A DNA stretch of 64,000 bases, from positions 28,360-92,359 of the forward strand of contig JAWODM010000018.1 in the NCBI GenBank assembly GCA_046483305.1, in the 5' to 3' direction. The notes under the pieces were generated by a model. It had not been told where the DNA came from. It saw nothing but the letters and a program-made list of their open reading frames with translations, and did no database searches. Made by a program: the position numbers and the translations under genes. Each line of letters begins with the position of its first letter. Position 1 is the stretch's first letter. The stretch is from Candidatus Krumholzibacteriales bacterium (GTDB lineage: Bacteria; Krumholzibacteriota; Krumholzibacteriia; Krumholzibacteriales; WJIX01). Shown here one piece after another: positions 17,590 to 26,158 of the stretch.

Positions 17590-20500
17590 TCAGCTCCTGT
17601 CAGGCCCTTCGGGCTTTTCTATCTTCTTCGGCGGGTTCTTCTCCAGCTCTTCAAGCAGATATTCCACCGCCCGCTCTATCATCGGCTCCCTCCCGGCCTG
17701 AATCAGGGCAGGGTCGTCAAACACTTCGAAGCCGGGGTCGGGCGACACTCCCACCGCCTCCACATCCCAATCACCTTCCTTGTTAACATAGGCGAAACCG
17801 GGAACCGCGAAGGAACCTCCGTCCACGAATCGGGGAGAATATCCGTAACCGATCAGCCCGCCCCAGGTAGTCTGGCCGATTAGCGGCCCCAGGCCCGCCT
17901 CCCTGAAGTAAGCCGGGAAAGCGTCCCCTCCCGACGATGAGAGCCCATTTATCAACATCGCCTTGGGCCCCTCATTGATAGGAATGGGAAGAGGGTAAAG
18001 TTTCATGTTTCTTCTGGCCCAGTAGCTGTAAACTCTTCTCTTCATGATTTCAACCATCTGATATGGGGAATGACCTCCCCCGTTGTAACGCTCGTCTATT
18101 ATCAGGGCATCCTTTTTCATCAGAGGCTGGAAGTACTTGAAAAAGGATCGGTATCCGTCATAGTGGGTGTTGGGGACGTGGATATAACCAATCCTGCCTC
18201 CGGAAAGCTCATCCACCAGGCGCCGGTTTTCCTCCACCCAGTTCATGTAGAGAAGGCTCAGTTCGGAATCGGCCGGCTTTACCGTAACTTCGCGCGCCCC
18301 CTTCATGCGGGGCCGGTCATTTACGGTCAGGTTAACCTGCACATCGACCTTGTTTTCCAGGAAAGAATACGGGTTTTCGCCAGTGGTGACTTCCCGCCCG
18401 TCTATCGCTATCAGGTACATCCCTTCCTTCACGTTAAGCCCCGGTTCGGTAAGGGGAGACCTCTCTGCTTTGTGCCAGTTGGCCCCCTGATAGATTTTGT
18501 CGAACCTGTAGTAATCCCCGTCCGCCTTGAAACTGCATCCCAGAACACCCACCGGGACCCGTTCCACGGCCGGCATATCTCCGCTGTGCACATAACAGTG
18601 GCCGGCGTTCAGTTCTCCGATCATCTCTCCCAGGATATAATCCAGATCAGCCCGGTGCGCCAGATGAGGAAGCAGAACCTGGTACTTATCATGGATTTTC
18701 TTCCAGTCCACCCCGTGCATGTTGAGGTCGTAGAACCAGTCTCTCATTATTCTCCAGGCATCGGTGTATATCTGCTTCCATTCCACCGCCGGATCAATCC
18801 TCATCTCCAGCCCGCTGAGGTCCAGCTCTCCCTCTCCGGCCTTCTGGCCGGGCGCCAGCTTGGCAATTCCGTATTTCCCGTTGGCGCTGTAAATAAATTT
18901 CTTGCCGTCCGCCGAAAGCTGATAACCCCGAATGCCGGACATCACCGTTTCGGCTTCCCGCTTTTCAAGGTCGTACTTCTTCAGATGCCTTTTCCCCTCC
19001 TCATCGACATATATGAATACCAGTCCGCCTTCCACCGGGCTCAGGCTGTAATACCTCTTATGCTGCAGCGGCAAAGCCACCACCCGGGAGGCAAAACCTT
19101 CCGCGTCGATAGATTTTATCTCAACTTCCTTCTCTTCCTTCTTCTCCTCATCCTTTTCATCCCCGGACGCTACGTCTTCCTCGTCGTTTCTGGGGGCCAC
19201 CGGCGAAGGGGTTTCCGGAAGAAGGGTCCCCACATAGATCCGGTCCTCCCATTCCCTGTCACCGTAAACAAAATCTCTCTGGGAGATGAAGTAGATATAC
19301 TTCCCGTCAGCGGAGAAAACCGGCTCTCTGTCATTGGTGTAATCATCAGTCAGTTTCATCGCTTTTTCCGACTCCAGAGAGTAGACCCATATTGAGGTCA
19401 TGAAGTTTTCATCGGCGCTCTTGGTATAGCACAGCCACCTGCTGTCCGGAGAAAAGGAATAATGCTGTATCTCGCTCACCATGCTCCTGTCAGCCAGAGT
19501 CTTCTCTCCGCTCTCTATGTCCAGCACCCACAGCCTGCTCTTCTTGTCCGTAAAGACCGCCTTTCTGCTGTCGGGAGACCATTCTATCCCCATTATCCAG
19601 GAATCGGTTCCGGTAGTGAGCTGCTTCGGCCGGCCCTCTCCCGACTTCGGCCTCATCCATATTTCATACTCGCCGCCGGCCTCTGAAAGATAGAGAAGAT
19701 ATTTTCCGTCGGGAGACCATTCCAGCTCTCTCTCCCTGATACCGGGAGTCCGGGAAATATTCCTGGTTACTCCGTGCTCGGCGGGTACGGTAAAGATCTC
19801 TCCGCGGGCGGTAAAAGCGGCTCTTACCCCGGAGGGCGAGATGGTGTAGCTCCCGATATTACCTTTAACGTTCTTGTATACCGGCCTGGTAAAAGGCTTA
19901 TCCGAACCGAGGGTTACCTCTATTTTACGCGTCCTGCCGGTGGCGGTATCATGCCAGAAGAGATATCCCCCCTTCTCGAACACTATCCGGTCGCCTCCCC
20001 GGCTGGGCCAGAGAACATCGTAGAAGTTGTAGCCGGTGACCCTGGTAATCTCTTCCGTGCCGGTATCATACCTGAACAGATTCAGAGTCCTGTCCCGGTC
20101 GGAGGTGAAGTAAATACTCTGCCCCACCCACATGGGAAAGTTGTCGGTACCCTTGTAATCGGTTATCTGTACGGTTACATTGTTCCGCAGGTCATAGATG
20201 TATACATCCTGGGCCCGTCCGGCTTTATACCGCTTCCAGGTACGAAACTCCCTGGACTTGATGTTGAAGGCGATCTTTCCGCCATCCGGCGAAAGCGAGC
20301 CCGGGCCGGCCTCCGGTATCTGGAGGGGCTGCGGAATACCTGGTTTCTCCGGGTCTACCAGATAATACCTGCCCACTCTTCTGCCGAAAGGGGTATGGTT
20401 ATGCCTGACCAGGATCTTTCCGTCCGGTGTCCAGTCGATTATCATGTAGTCATATCCGCCCCTGGGAGGCATCCTTCCCACGTCGGGGTACCAGGTCAGC

Positions 20501-20823
20501 CTCTCCGGTTCTCCCCCCTCATAGGGGATAGTATAGACCTGCCTGGTCCCGCAGTATTCCCCCGAAAAAGCGATAGTGCTTCCATCCGGAGATATCCGGG
20601 GAAACAGCTCCAGCCCCTCCGGGAAGGAAGTAACCCTTCTGGCTCTTCCCCCTTCCACCGGAACCGTCCAGATATCCCCGGCGTATACGAACACCACTCT
20701 GTCACCCATTATATGCGGATAACGGAGCAGCCTCCCCTCTTCCGCCGGAGCCCGGGCCGGAACCGTGGATGCGGTAACAGCCAGAACCAGAATTAAAACA
20801 GATAGTTTCTGTAAAGAGCTCAT
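17590..20823 (-). CDS. tricorn protease homologue (S41 family; beta-propellers + PDZ + S41 domain)
   Basis: 1077 aa. Signal peptide. Repeated TolB-like SPDG motifs (SPDGSTIAF, SPDGGKIAF, SPDGKYLLY, SPDSRKAVF, SADGKYIYF). PDZ-like middle region. C-terminal S41 block (IDERYNGGG...INGLSSSGGDAFP). Confidence 0.85.
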   Translation of the reverse strand: MSSLQKLSVLILVLAVTASTVPARAPAEEGRLLRYPHIMGDRVVFVYAGDIWTVPVEGGRARRVTSFPEGLELFPRISPDGSTIAFSGEYCGTRQVYTIPYEGGEPERLTWYPDVGRMPPRGGYDYMIIDWTPDGKILVRHNHTPFGRRVGRYYLVDPEKPGIPQPLQIPEAGPGSLSPDGGKIAFNIKSREFRTWKRYKAGRAQDVYIYDLRNNVTVQITDYKGTDNFPMWVGQSIYFTSDRDRTLNLFRYDTGTEEITRVTGYNFYDVLWPSRGGDRIVFEKGGYLFWHDTATGRTRKIEVTLGSDKPFTRPVYKNVKGNIGSYTISPSGVRAAFTARGEIFTVPAEHGVTRNISRTPGIRERELEWSPDGKYLLYLSEAGGEYEIWMRPKSGEGRPKQLTTGTDSWIMGIEWSPDSRKAVFTDKKSRLWVLDIESGEKTLADRSMVSEIQHYSFSPDSRWLCYTKSADENFMTSIWVYSLESEKAMKLTDDYTNDREPVFSADGKYIYFISQRDFVYGDREWEDRIYVGTLLPETPSPVAPRNDEEDVASGDEKDEEKKEEKEVEIKSIDAEGFASRVVALPLQHKRYYSLSPVEGGLVFIYVDEEGKRHLKKYDLEKREAETVMSGIRGYQLSADGKKFIYSANGKYGIAKLAPGQKAGEGELDLSGLEMRIDPAVEWKQIYTDAWRIMRDWFYDLNMHGVDWKKIHDKYQVLLPHLAHRADLDYILGEMIGELNAGHCYVHSGDMPAVERVPVGVLGCSFKADGDYYRFDKIYQGANWHKAERSPLTEPGLNVKEGMYLIAIDGREVTTGENPYSFLENKVDVQVNLTVNDRPRMKGAREVTVKPADSELSLLYMNWVEENRRLVDELSGGRIGYIHVPNTHYDGYRSFFKYFQPLMKKDALIIDERYNGGGHSPYQMVEIMKRRVYSYWARRNMKLYPLPIPINEGPKAMLINGLSSSGGDAFPAYFREAGLGPLIGQTTWGGLIGYGYSPRFVDGGSFAVPGFAYVNKEGDWDVEAVGVSPDPGFEVFDDPALIQAGREPMIERAVEYLLEELEKNPPKKIEKPEGPDRS

Positions 20824-20913
20824 AAGCCCTCCTTTCTCAGGTTTAACGCGGACAGAATAATATCATACAGCGGCAATTTGCGTCGAGAGGAATGTAGGAA
20901 GAATTCCGGGACA

Positions 20914-22689
20914 TTAGCCCTCTGTTCTGCTCCCCGGCCTGCTCAGGTAGAATATCCCCGCAGAGCAGGCGGCGGCCGCTGAGATAAGAACCGAGCCGAG
21001 AGCCGCATGGCCCAGTATGAGTTTCCCTGTCCCTACCAGGGCGCCGTTTATGGCGGCTATCCCCAGTATAATCTTAATTGCGGTATGCCTGGTACCGGCC
21101 GGATAGGTGAATTCCGGAACCCTGTCCCTGACCTTTTTCCATCCAGCTCCCTGCGGTTTCACCCTGAGAAAGAATTCCTCCAGCTTCTTCTCCTTCACCG
21201 GCCTGGTCAGCAGGGTTACCGTAACCCAGACCGGAATCGATACCGCCACGGTCATGGCGGTGGAATAGGGGAACCTCAGCAGGGGGCTTCCGGCGGCCCA
21301 ATCCACTCCCTCCAGAGCCAGAAAAACCATGGTACAGATCAGGGCCGTGGCCATCGCCGAAATTTCGGACCATGCGTTAACCCTCCACCAGTACCACCGG
21401 GCGATATAGACCGAGCCGATACCGGCCGTAACCGAAATGATGAACTTCCACGCGAAGGATATATCCTCTATGAGAAAGGATATCAGAGCGCCGCAAACCG
21501 CGGTAATCGCTATCACCGCCCTGGCGGCAGCCACATATCTCCGCTCGGACTTTCCTCTCCAGACAAACCTCTTCAGCAGATCGTTAACTATCAAAGAAGA
21601 TCCCCAATTCAGCTGGGTATCAACCGTGGACATGAAAGCGGCGAAAAAGGAGGCGACCACCACTCCGAATACCCCCGCCGGGAGATATGACCTCATCATC
21701 AGTGGATAATAGGTCTCCGGGTCATCCACCGCTCCGAAAATCGCCATTCCGCAGAGCCCAACCACAATCCACGGCCAGGGCCTGAGGCATATATGAGCAA
21801 TACTGAACCACATATAGCCCAGGGCCGAGTGCCTCTCGTCCCTGGCTGCGAATATCCTCTGAGCCAGGTACCCTCCCCCGTCGATGGTGTAAGATGCCCA
21901 CCAGACCACCAGGATCAGTATGAGAAACTCCATGAAGGGCCCCGACTGGGATATCTCCGGTATTATTCTCAGCACCTTCGCCGGGTCGAACCCCCCCGAG
22001 GCCAGTTTGTCCTTCAGCCCGTCTATTCCACCGACCTTCATGAACGAAACTACCGCAAGATATATAGATCCCCCCATGGCGAAGGCAAACTGCAGCAGAT
22101 CGGTCATCACCACTCCCCACAGGCCGGAGAGAACAGTATATCCAACCGCCACCGTCAGAAGGACGATAACCACCCATACCTCCGCGCTTATACCCATCAC
22201 AGCGGCGCTCTCCTCCCATCCCATTACCGTAACTACCACCTTCGACATAGCCTTCATCACCCAGGCCACCACCAGCACATTCTGGAAGAAACCGAACCAT
22301 ATCGAGCGGTAACACCTCAGTCCGGCCGCCACCCTGCCGTCATACCTCAGTTCTATAAGCTCCGCGTCGGTGGTTATTCCTGCCCTCTTCCAGAGCCGGG
22401 CGAACAGAAAGACGGTCAGCACTCCTCCTATCCCCCACTGCCACCACAGCCAGTTCTCGAATATACCCCCCCTGGCCACCAGCCCGGATACCACCAGAGG
22501 TGTGTCTGCGGCGAAAGTAGTCGCAACCATGGAGGTTCCGACTATCCACCAGGGAAGATTCCTCCCTGATACAAAGAACTGCTCGGTATTCCTCGAAGCC
22601 CTGGAAGAAAGAAGCGCTCCCGCGATAAAAGTTATTATCATATATATGATTATAACGGCCAGATCTATTCCGGACAGCGCCCCGGCCAT
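20914..22689 (-). CDS. sodium:solute symporter (SSS) family transporter
   Basis: 591 aa, about 13-14 hydrophobic helices. N-terminal SSS pattern (FFVSGRNLPWWIVGTSMVATTFAADTPL). Confidence 0.8.
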   Translation of the reverse strand: MAGALSGIDLAVIIIYMIITFIAGALLSSRASRNTEQFFVSGRNLPWWIVGTSMVATTFAADTPLVVSGLVARGGIFENWLWWQWGIGGVLTVFLFARLWKRAGITTDAELIELRYDGRVAAGLRCYRSIWFGFFQNVLVVAWVMKAMSKVVVTVMGWEESAAVMGISAEVWVVIVLLTVAVGYTVLSGLWGVVMTDLLQFAFAMGGSIYLAVVSFMKVGGIDGLKDKLASGGFDPAKVLRIIPEISQSGPFMEFLILILVVWWASYTIDGGGYLAQRIFAARDERHSALGYMWFSIAHICLRPWPWIVVGLCGMAIFGAVDDPETYYPLMMRSYLPAGVFGVVVASFFAAFMSTVDTQLNWGSSLIVNDLLKRFVWRGKSERRYVAAARAVIAITAVCGALISFLIEDISFAWKFIISVTAGIGSVYIARWYWWRVNAWSEISAMATALICTMVFLALEGVDWAAGSPLLRFPYSTAMTVAVSIPVWVTVTLLTRPVKEKKLEEFFLRVKPQGAGWKKVRDRVPEFTYPAGTRHTAIKIILGIAAINGALVGTGKLILGHAALGSVLISAAAACSAGIFYLSRPGSRTEG

Positions 22690-22794
22690 AAGTCACCCCC
22701 GAATTCAAGGAAGAAACCGGCGCGGGCCGTTCGGTCCGGCGACGGTCTCCCTGCTGTTGACCTATCCACTCTGGTATCTCTGATGACGGCGAAG

Positions 22795-23616
22795 CTAGAA
22801 TGCCAGTTTGAGGCCCACTATAAATCCATACCCGGTAAGATCAAGCGACCCCTCGTTGAGCTGGCCTTTCATGGATGAATCCATCGGACCGTAGCTGTAG
22901 TATTCCAAAGTTTCCCCTCCAACATCAGCCTCCAGGTTCTGGGCTACCAGGAATACATCCCTGCTCTCCCCGCCGCTGGTGGTTCCGGTTCCCTCAAAAC
23001 CGCTTACATCCGCCCACCTGGCCTGTATCCCCACCTGGAGGGAAAGAAGCGGCAGTATGGTAAATTCAACCCCCGCGCCGCCGTGAAGGCCGAACCCGGT
23101 TGCCGAAAGATCAGCTTCGGTAAAATAGACCACTTCCGGGTCAACAGATTCGAATACATCTCCCAGGTTGGTGCCGAACTCCATTCTGGAGTGGTAAAGC
23201 CCCGCCCCGCCGTAGATATAAGGTTTCACCGGGAACAGCGGAATGGAAGGCTTGAAATAACCGGTCACCGTTACCGGATACACTCTTACCTTGTGCTCGA
23301 AATCGAGGCCGAAACCCCCGATAGAGGTTGAAAGGTCGGAGCTCGCGAATATCATCCCCGCGCCCAGCCCCACCGTGAACATCGGAGCCGGAGAGTACAT
23401 TACCTCTCCCTGAATCTCAGGGACCCAGTTTATATTGTCCATCTCGATCCCGTACTGTTCCAGCTCATAATTGGTATCATCGACGAAATCGTTGAAATCC
23501 CCGTAACTGATACGCGACAGGCCTGCGCTCACTCTCACTCCCGTATCCGCACCGGCCGCCGCGGCTGAAAACATAACAAGAAACACTAACCCTGAAATCA
23601 ATGAAATTCTGCGCAT
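22795..23616 (-). CDS. outer-membrane beta-barrel protein (porin-family/OmpW-OmpA-like barrel)
   Basis: 273 aa. Signal peptide. Alternating hydrophobic beta-strand pattern rich in G/Y. C-terminal ...IVGLKLAF. Confidence 0.6.
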   Translation of the reverse strand: MRRISLISGLVFLVMFSAAAAGADTGVRVSAGLSRISYGDFNDFVDDTNYELEQYGIEMDNINWVPEIQGEVMYSPAPMFTVGLGAGMIFASSDLSTSIGGFGLDFEHKVRVYPVTVTGYFKPSIPLFPVKPYIYGGAGLYHSRMEFGTNLGDVFESVDPEVVYFTEADLSATGFGLHGGAGVEFTILPLLSLQVGIQARWADVSGFEGTGTTSGGESRDVFLVAQNLEADVGGETLEYYSYGPMDSSMKGQLNEGSLDLTGYGFIVGLKLAF

Positions 23617-23670
23617 CAGTCCTCCTCGGTCTTCGGGAAAACTCTATTTCCGTTGCCCTGCTTATTTATT

Positions 23671-24330
23671 CTAATCGATTTCCTTGAGGCTGTCCACATC
23701 GTCCTGCGATCCGACTACCACAAGGGTGTCTCCCGATTCTAAAACAAAATCGGCCGGGGGTATAGATATAAATTGATCCCTGCCCCGCTCGATGCCGATA
23801 ACATTAATATTGTATTCCGTTCTCAGCTTCAGGCCCGCGATACTCTTGCCGATGAATGTTGTGGGGGGAGCCAGCTGCGCGATTATGAAATCTTCCTTGG
23901 TAATAGGTATATATTCCAGCAGGTTAGGATGAGAGAGGTTCTTAGCGACCTTTACGGCGGTATCCTGTTCCGGAACAACCACCAGGTCAGCACCCACCTT
24001 TCTGAGTATCTTTCCGTGATCGTCCCCTTCCGCCTTGACAATGATGTTCTTGACCCCCATTTCCGCCAGGTACATTGTTACCAGGGTGGCGGCGTCGGTA
24101 TTATCGCCGAGGCTTACAATAACCGCATCCATCACTTCCAGGCCCAGGGTGTTGAGAACTTCCTTCTCCTTGGCGTCGCCTGTAACAGCCTGGGAACAGT
24201 CGGTTCTGATTTTCTGAATTATTTCCTCGTCACTGTCTATGGCCAGAACGTTATGCCCCTCGTCAAACAGGGTCTTGGCAACCGTGTAACCGAACTTACC
24301 CAGTCCTATAACAGCAAATTCCTTAGACAT
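23671..24330 (-). CDS. ktrA: K+ uptake regulatory subunit KtrA/TrkA family (RCK: TrkA-N + TrkA-C)
   Basis: 219 aa. Rossmann motif VIGLGKFG. Single RCK N+C architecture typical of KtrA. Confidence 0.85.
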   Translation of the reverse strand: MSKEFAVIGLGKFGYTVAKTLFDEGHNVLAIDSDEEIIQKIRTDCSQAVTGDAKEKEVLNTLGLEVMDAVIVSLGDNTDAATLVTMYLAEMGVKNIIVKAEGDDHGKILRKVGADLVVVPEQDTAVKVAKNLSHPNLLEYIPITKEDFIIAQLAPPTTFIGKSIAGLKLRTEYNINVIGIERGRDQFISIPPADFVLESGDTLVVVGSQDDVDSLKEID

Positions 24331-24355
24331 AACAATCCCTTTCCGGCAGAAGATT

Positions 24356-25726
24356 CTATCCTATCATTACCTTCTCTTCCGCATATTTATAAGTAACTTT
24401 CCGTTTCTTCCTGGTCAGAACGTACGCTATGGTCAGCAGCCCCACCCTCCCGATCAGCATCATGGCGATAATAACCAGCTTTCCCGCCCAGGTCATTGTT
24501 CCGGTCACTCCCATGGAAAGCCCCACCGTGGCAAAGGCGGAAACAGCTTCGAACAGGTAGGCCAGATAAAAATATTCGGTCCCTTCCGGGCTCTGAGTCA
24601 ACAGAAGAAGCAGCAGCCCTGCCGAGATAGTTACAATCGCCAGAATAAATATTGAGAATACCCTCGATATAATTTCGTCCGGTATGGTCCTCCGGCCGAA
24701 AAAATTGTGCCTGAAACCTTTGATTCTGCTCTTGACTATCCCGGCGAAAACAGCCAGGGCGGTGGTCTTTATCCCCCCCCCGCAAGAGCCGGGGCTTGCT
24801 CCCACGAACATCAGCATTATCATGATCATCAGGGCGGCCGGTTTCAGCGACTGGATATCTATGGTGTTGAAACCGGCTGTCCGCGCGGTAATCGACTGAA
24901 AGAAAGAAGAAAGCACCTTTTCCTTCAGCGACATGTACTTAAAAGCGGCCCCTCCTTCAAAAATGAACAGTATAACCGCTCCCGACAGAATCAGGACAAC
25001 GGTGAATATCAGCACCATTCTGGTGTGAAGCGACATCAATCTCCTGGCCCCTTTTCTTCTGAGCCTTATCTTTTCGGTTATCTCGTAAATGACGGGGAAC
25101 CCGATACCCCCGATGACTATCAGAAGCATTACAGCCGTGTTAAGGGCCGTATTCTCACGGTAAGCCATAAAGCTGGTACTGAAAAATGAAAAACCGGCGT
25201 TACAGAAAGCCGATACCGAATGGAATACTCCGGTGAATACCGCCTCTGCCACCGGCATGCCGCCGCTGTTGATAAAAACAAGAGAGAGCACAATCGCCCC
25301 CGCGGCTTCCAGCGCGAAGGTAAAGGTAAATATAAGTTTCAGCAGATTTTTAATATCCCCGGTGGGCGCCGCCGTAAAGGTATCATTAATAATCCATCGC
25401 TCCCTGGTCCCGATCTTTCTGCCAACAAACAGGAACAGGAATACCGAGAAGGTCATGACCCCGAGGCCGCCCATCTGGATCAGTATCAGGATAACCGTCT
25501 TGCCGAACATGCTGAACTGCGAGCCGGTGTCAACTACTATCAGTCCGGTAACGCATATCGCCGAGGTGGATGTAAAGAGCGCGTCCAGAAGCCCCACCGG
25601 CTCTCCCGTGGAAGCCTGCGGAAGACTGAGCAGCAGCATCCCTGTCAGGGCGGCTGAAAGGTAACTAAATATCACCAGCGAAGCCGGATTGACCCGTTTC
25701 AGTAATCTGTCATACGATTCAAACAT
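24356..25726 (-). CDS. ktrB: K+ transporter membrane subunit KtrB/TrkH family
   Basis: 456 aa polytopic protein with repeated M1-P-M2 units carrying selectivity-filter-like glycines (CVTGL, CNAGFS, RTAGFN, TVGLS). Adjacent to ktrA. Confidence 0.85.
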   Translation of the reverse strand: MFESYDRLLKRVNPASLVIFSYLSAALTGMLLLSLPQASTGEPVGLLDALFTSTSAICVTGLIVVDTGSQFSMFGKTVILILIQMGGLGVMTFSVFLFLFVGRKIGTRERWIINDTFTAAPTGDIKNLLKLIFTFTFALEAAGAIVLSLVFINSGGMPVAEAVFTGVFHSVSAFCNAGFSFFSTSFMAYRENTALNTAVMLLIVIGGIGFPVIYEITEKIRLRRKGARRLMSLHTRMVLIFTVVLILSGAVILFIFEGGAAFKYMSLKEKVLSSFFQSITARTAGFNTIDIQSLKPAALMIMIMLMFVGASPGSCGGGIKTTALAVFAGIVKSRIKGFRHNFFGRRTIPDEIISRVFSIFILAIVTISAGLLLLLLTQSPEGTEYFYLAYLFEAVSAFATVGLSMGVTGTMTWAGKLVIIAMMLIGRVGLLTIAYVLTRKKRKVTYKYAEEKVMIG

Positions 25727-25973
25727 TGACCTTTACCCCGCCTGGGCCCGCCCAGACTGACGGCAGGCGGCAACTGAATCCTTTCTGCCGCAGATTTGGC
25801 CGGAATCTGCTGAGCATTATTGCATAACTCTCAGCTGCTGATATTAAGGCTGCCGATAAAAGAATTCAAATAAAATCCGGTCAATATCAATAAAATTAAT
25901 TACAAAATCTACGCGATATGTTTTAATATGAAATCCGATGTTTTCATAACCAGGTAATAGAGGCATACAAACC

Positions 25974-26156
25974 ATGGATGAAGAAGCAGAGGTAAAATGG
26001 TGCGATCCGAATTGCCCTTACGCCGAATTTCCGGACCGGGAGAACCTGGACGGGGCCTGTCACACCTTTATCGCCCTGTACTGCACTAAGTACTCCAGGC
26101 TGGTGCAGAAAAGCGCTCTCTGCCTCGATTTCATGGGAAAAGACAAAAAAGAATAA
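25974..26156 (+). CDS. small Cys-rich protein, unknown family
   Basis: 60 aa with C10, C14, C29(H30), C37 and C50. Its stop lies 2 nt before the ATG of the downstream acyl-CoA synthetase gene, suggesting co-translation. No family recognised. Confidence 0.45.
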   Translation: MDEEAEVKWCDPNCPYAEFPDRENLDGACHTFIALYCTKYSRLVQKSALCLDFMGKDKKE

Positions 26157-26158
26157 AT

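Noticed and set aside
18070-19395. 441-aa plus-strand ORF (and a 340-aa one at 19774..20796) inside the tricorn gene
   Set aside because: Both are antisense shadows of a very well supported 1077-aa gene. Their translations are R/P/H/V/F-rich with no motif, no SD and no signal of their own.
21007-22569. Several 100-260-aa ORFs on both strands within 20914..22689
   Set aside because: They are alternative or antisense frames of the sodium:solute symporter gene. They have low-complexity G/R/P/H composition and no start signals.
25727-25973. c-di-AMP (ydaO-type) or other riboswitch in the ktrB leader, and likewise in the kdp leader at 31318-31404
   Set aside because: Only generic hairpins were found. 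I could not find the conserved ydaO core elements, but this needs cmscan to be definitive.
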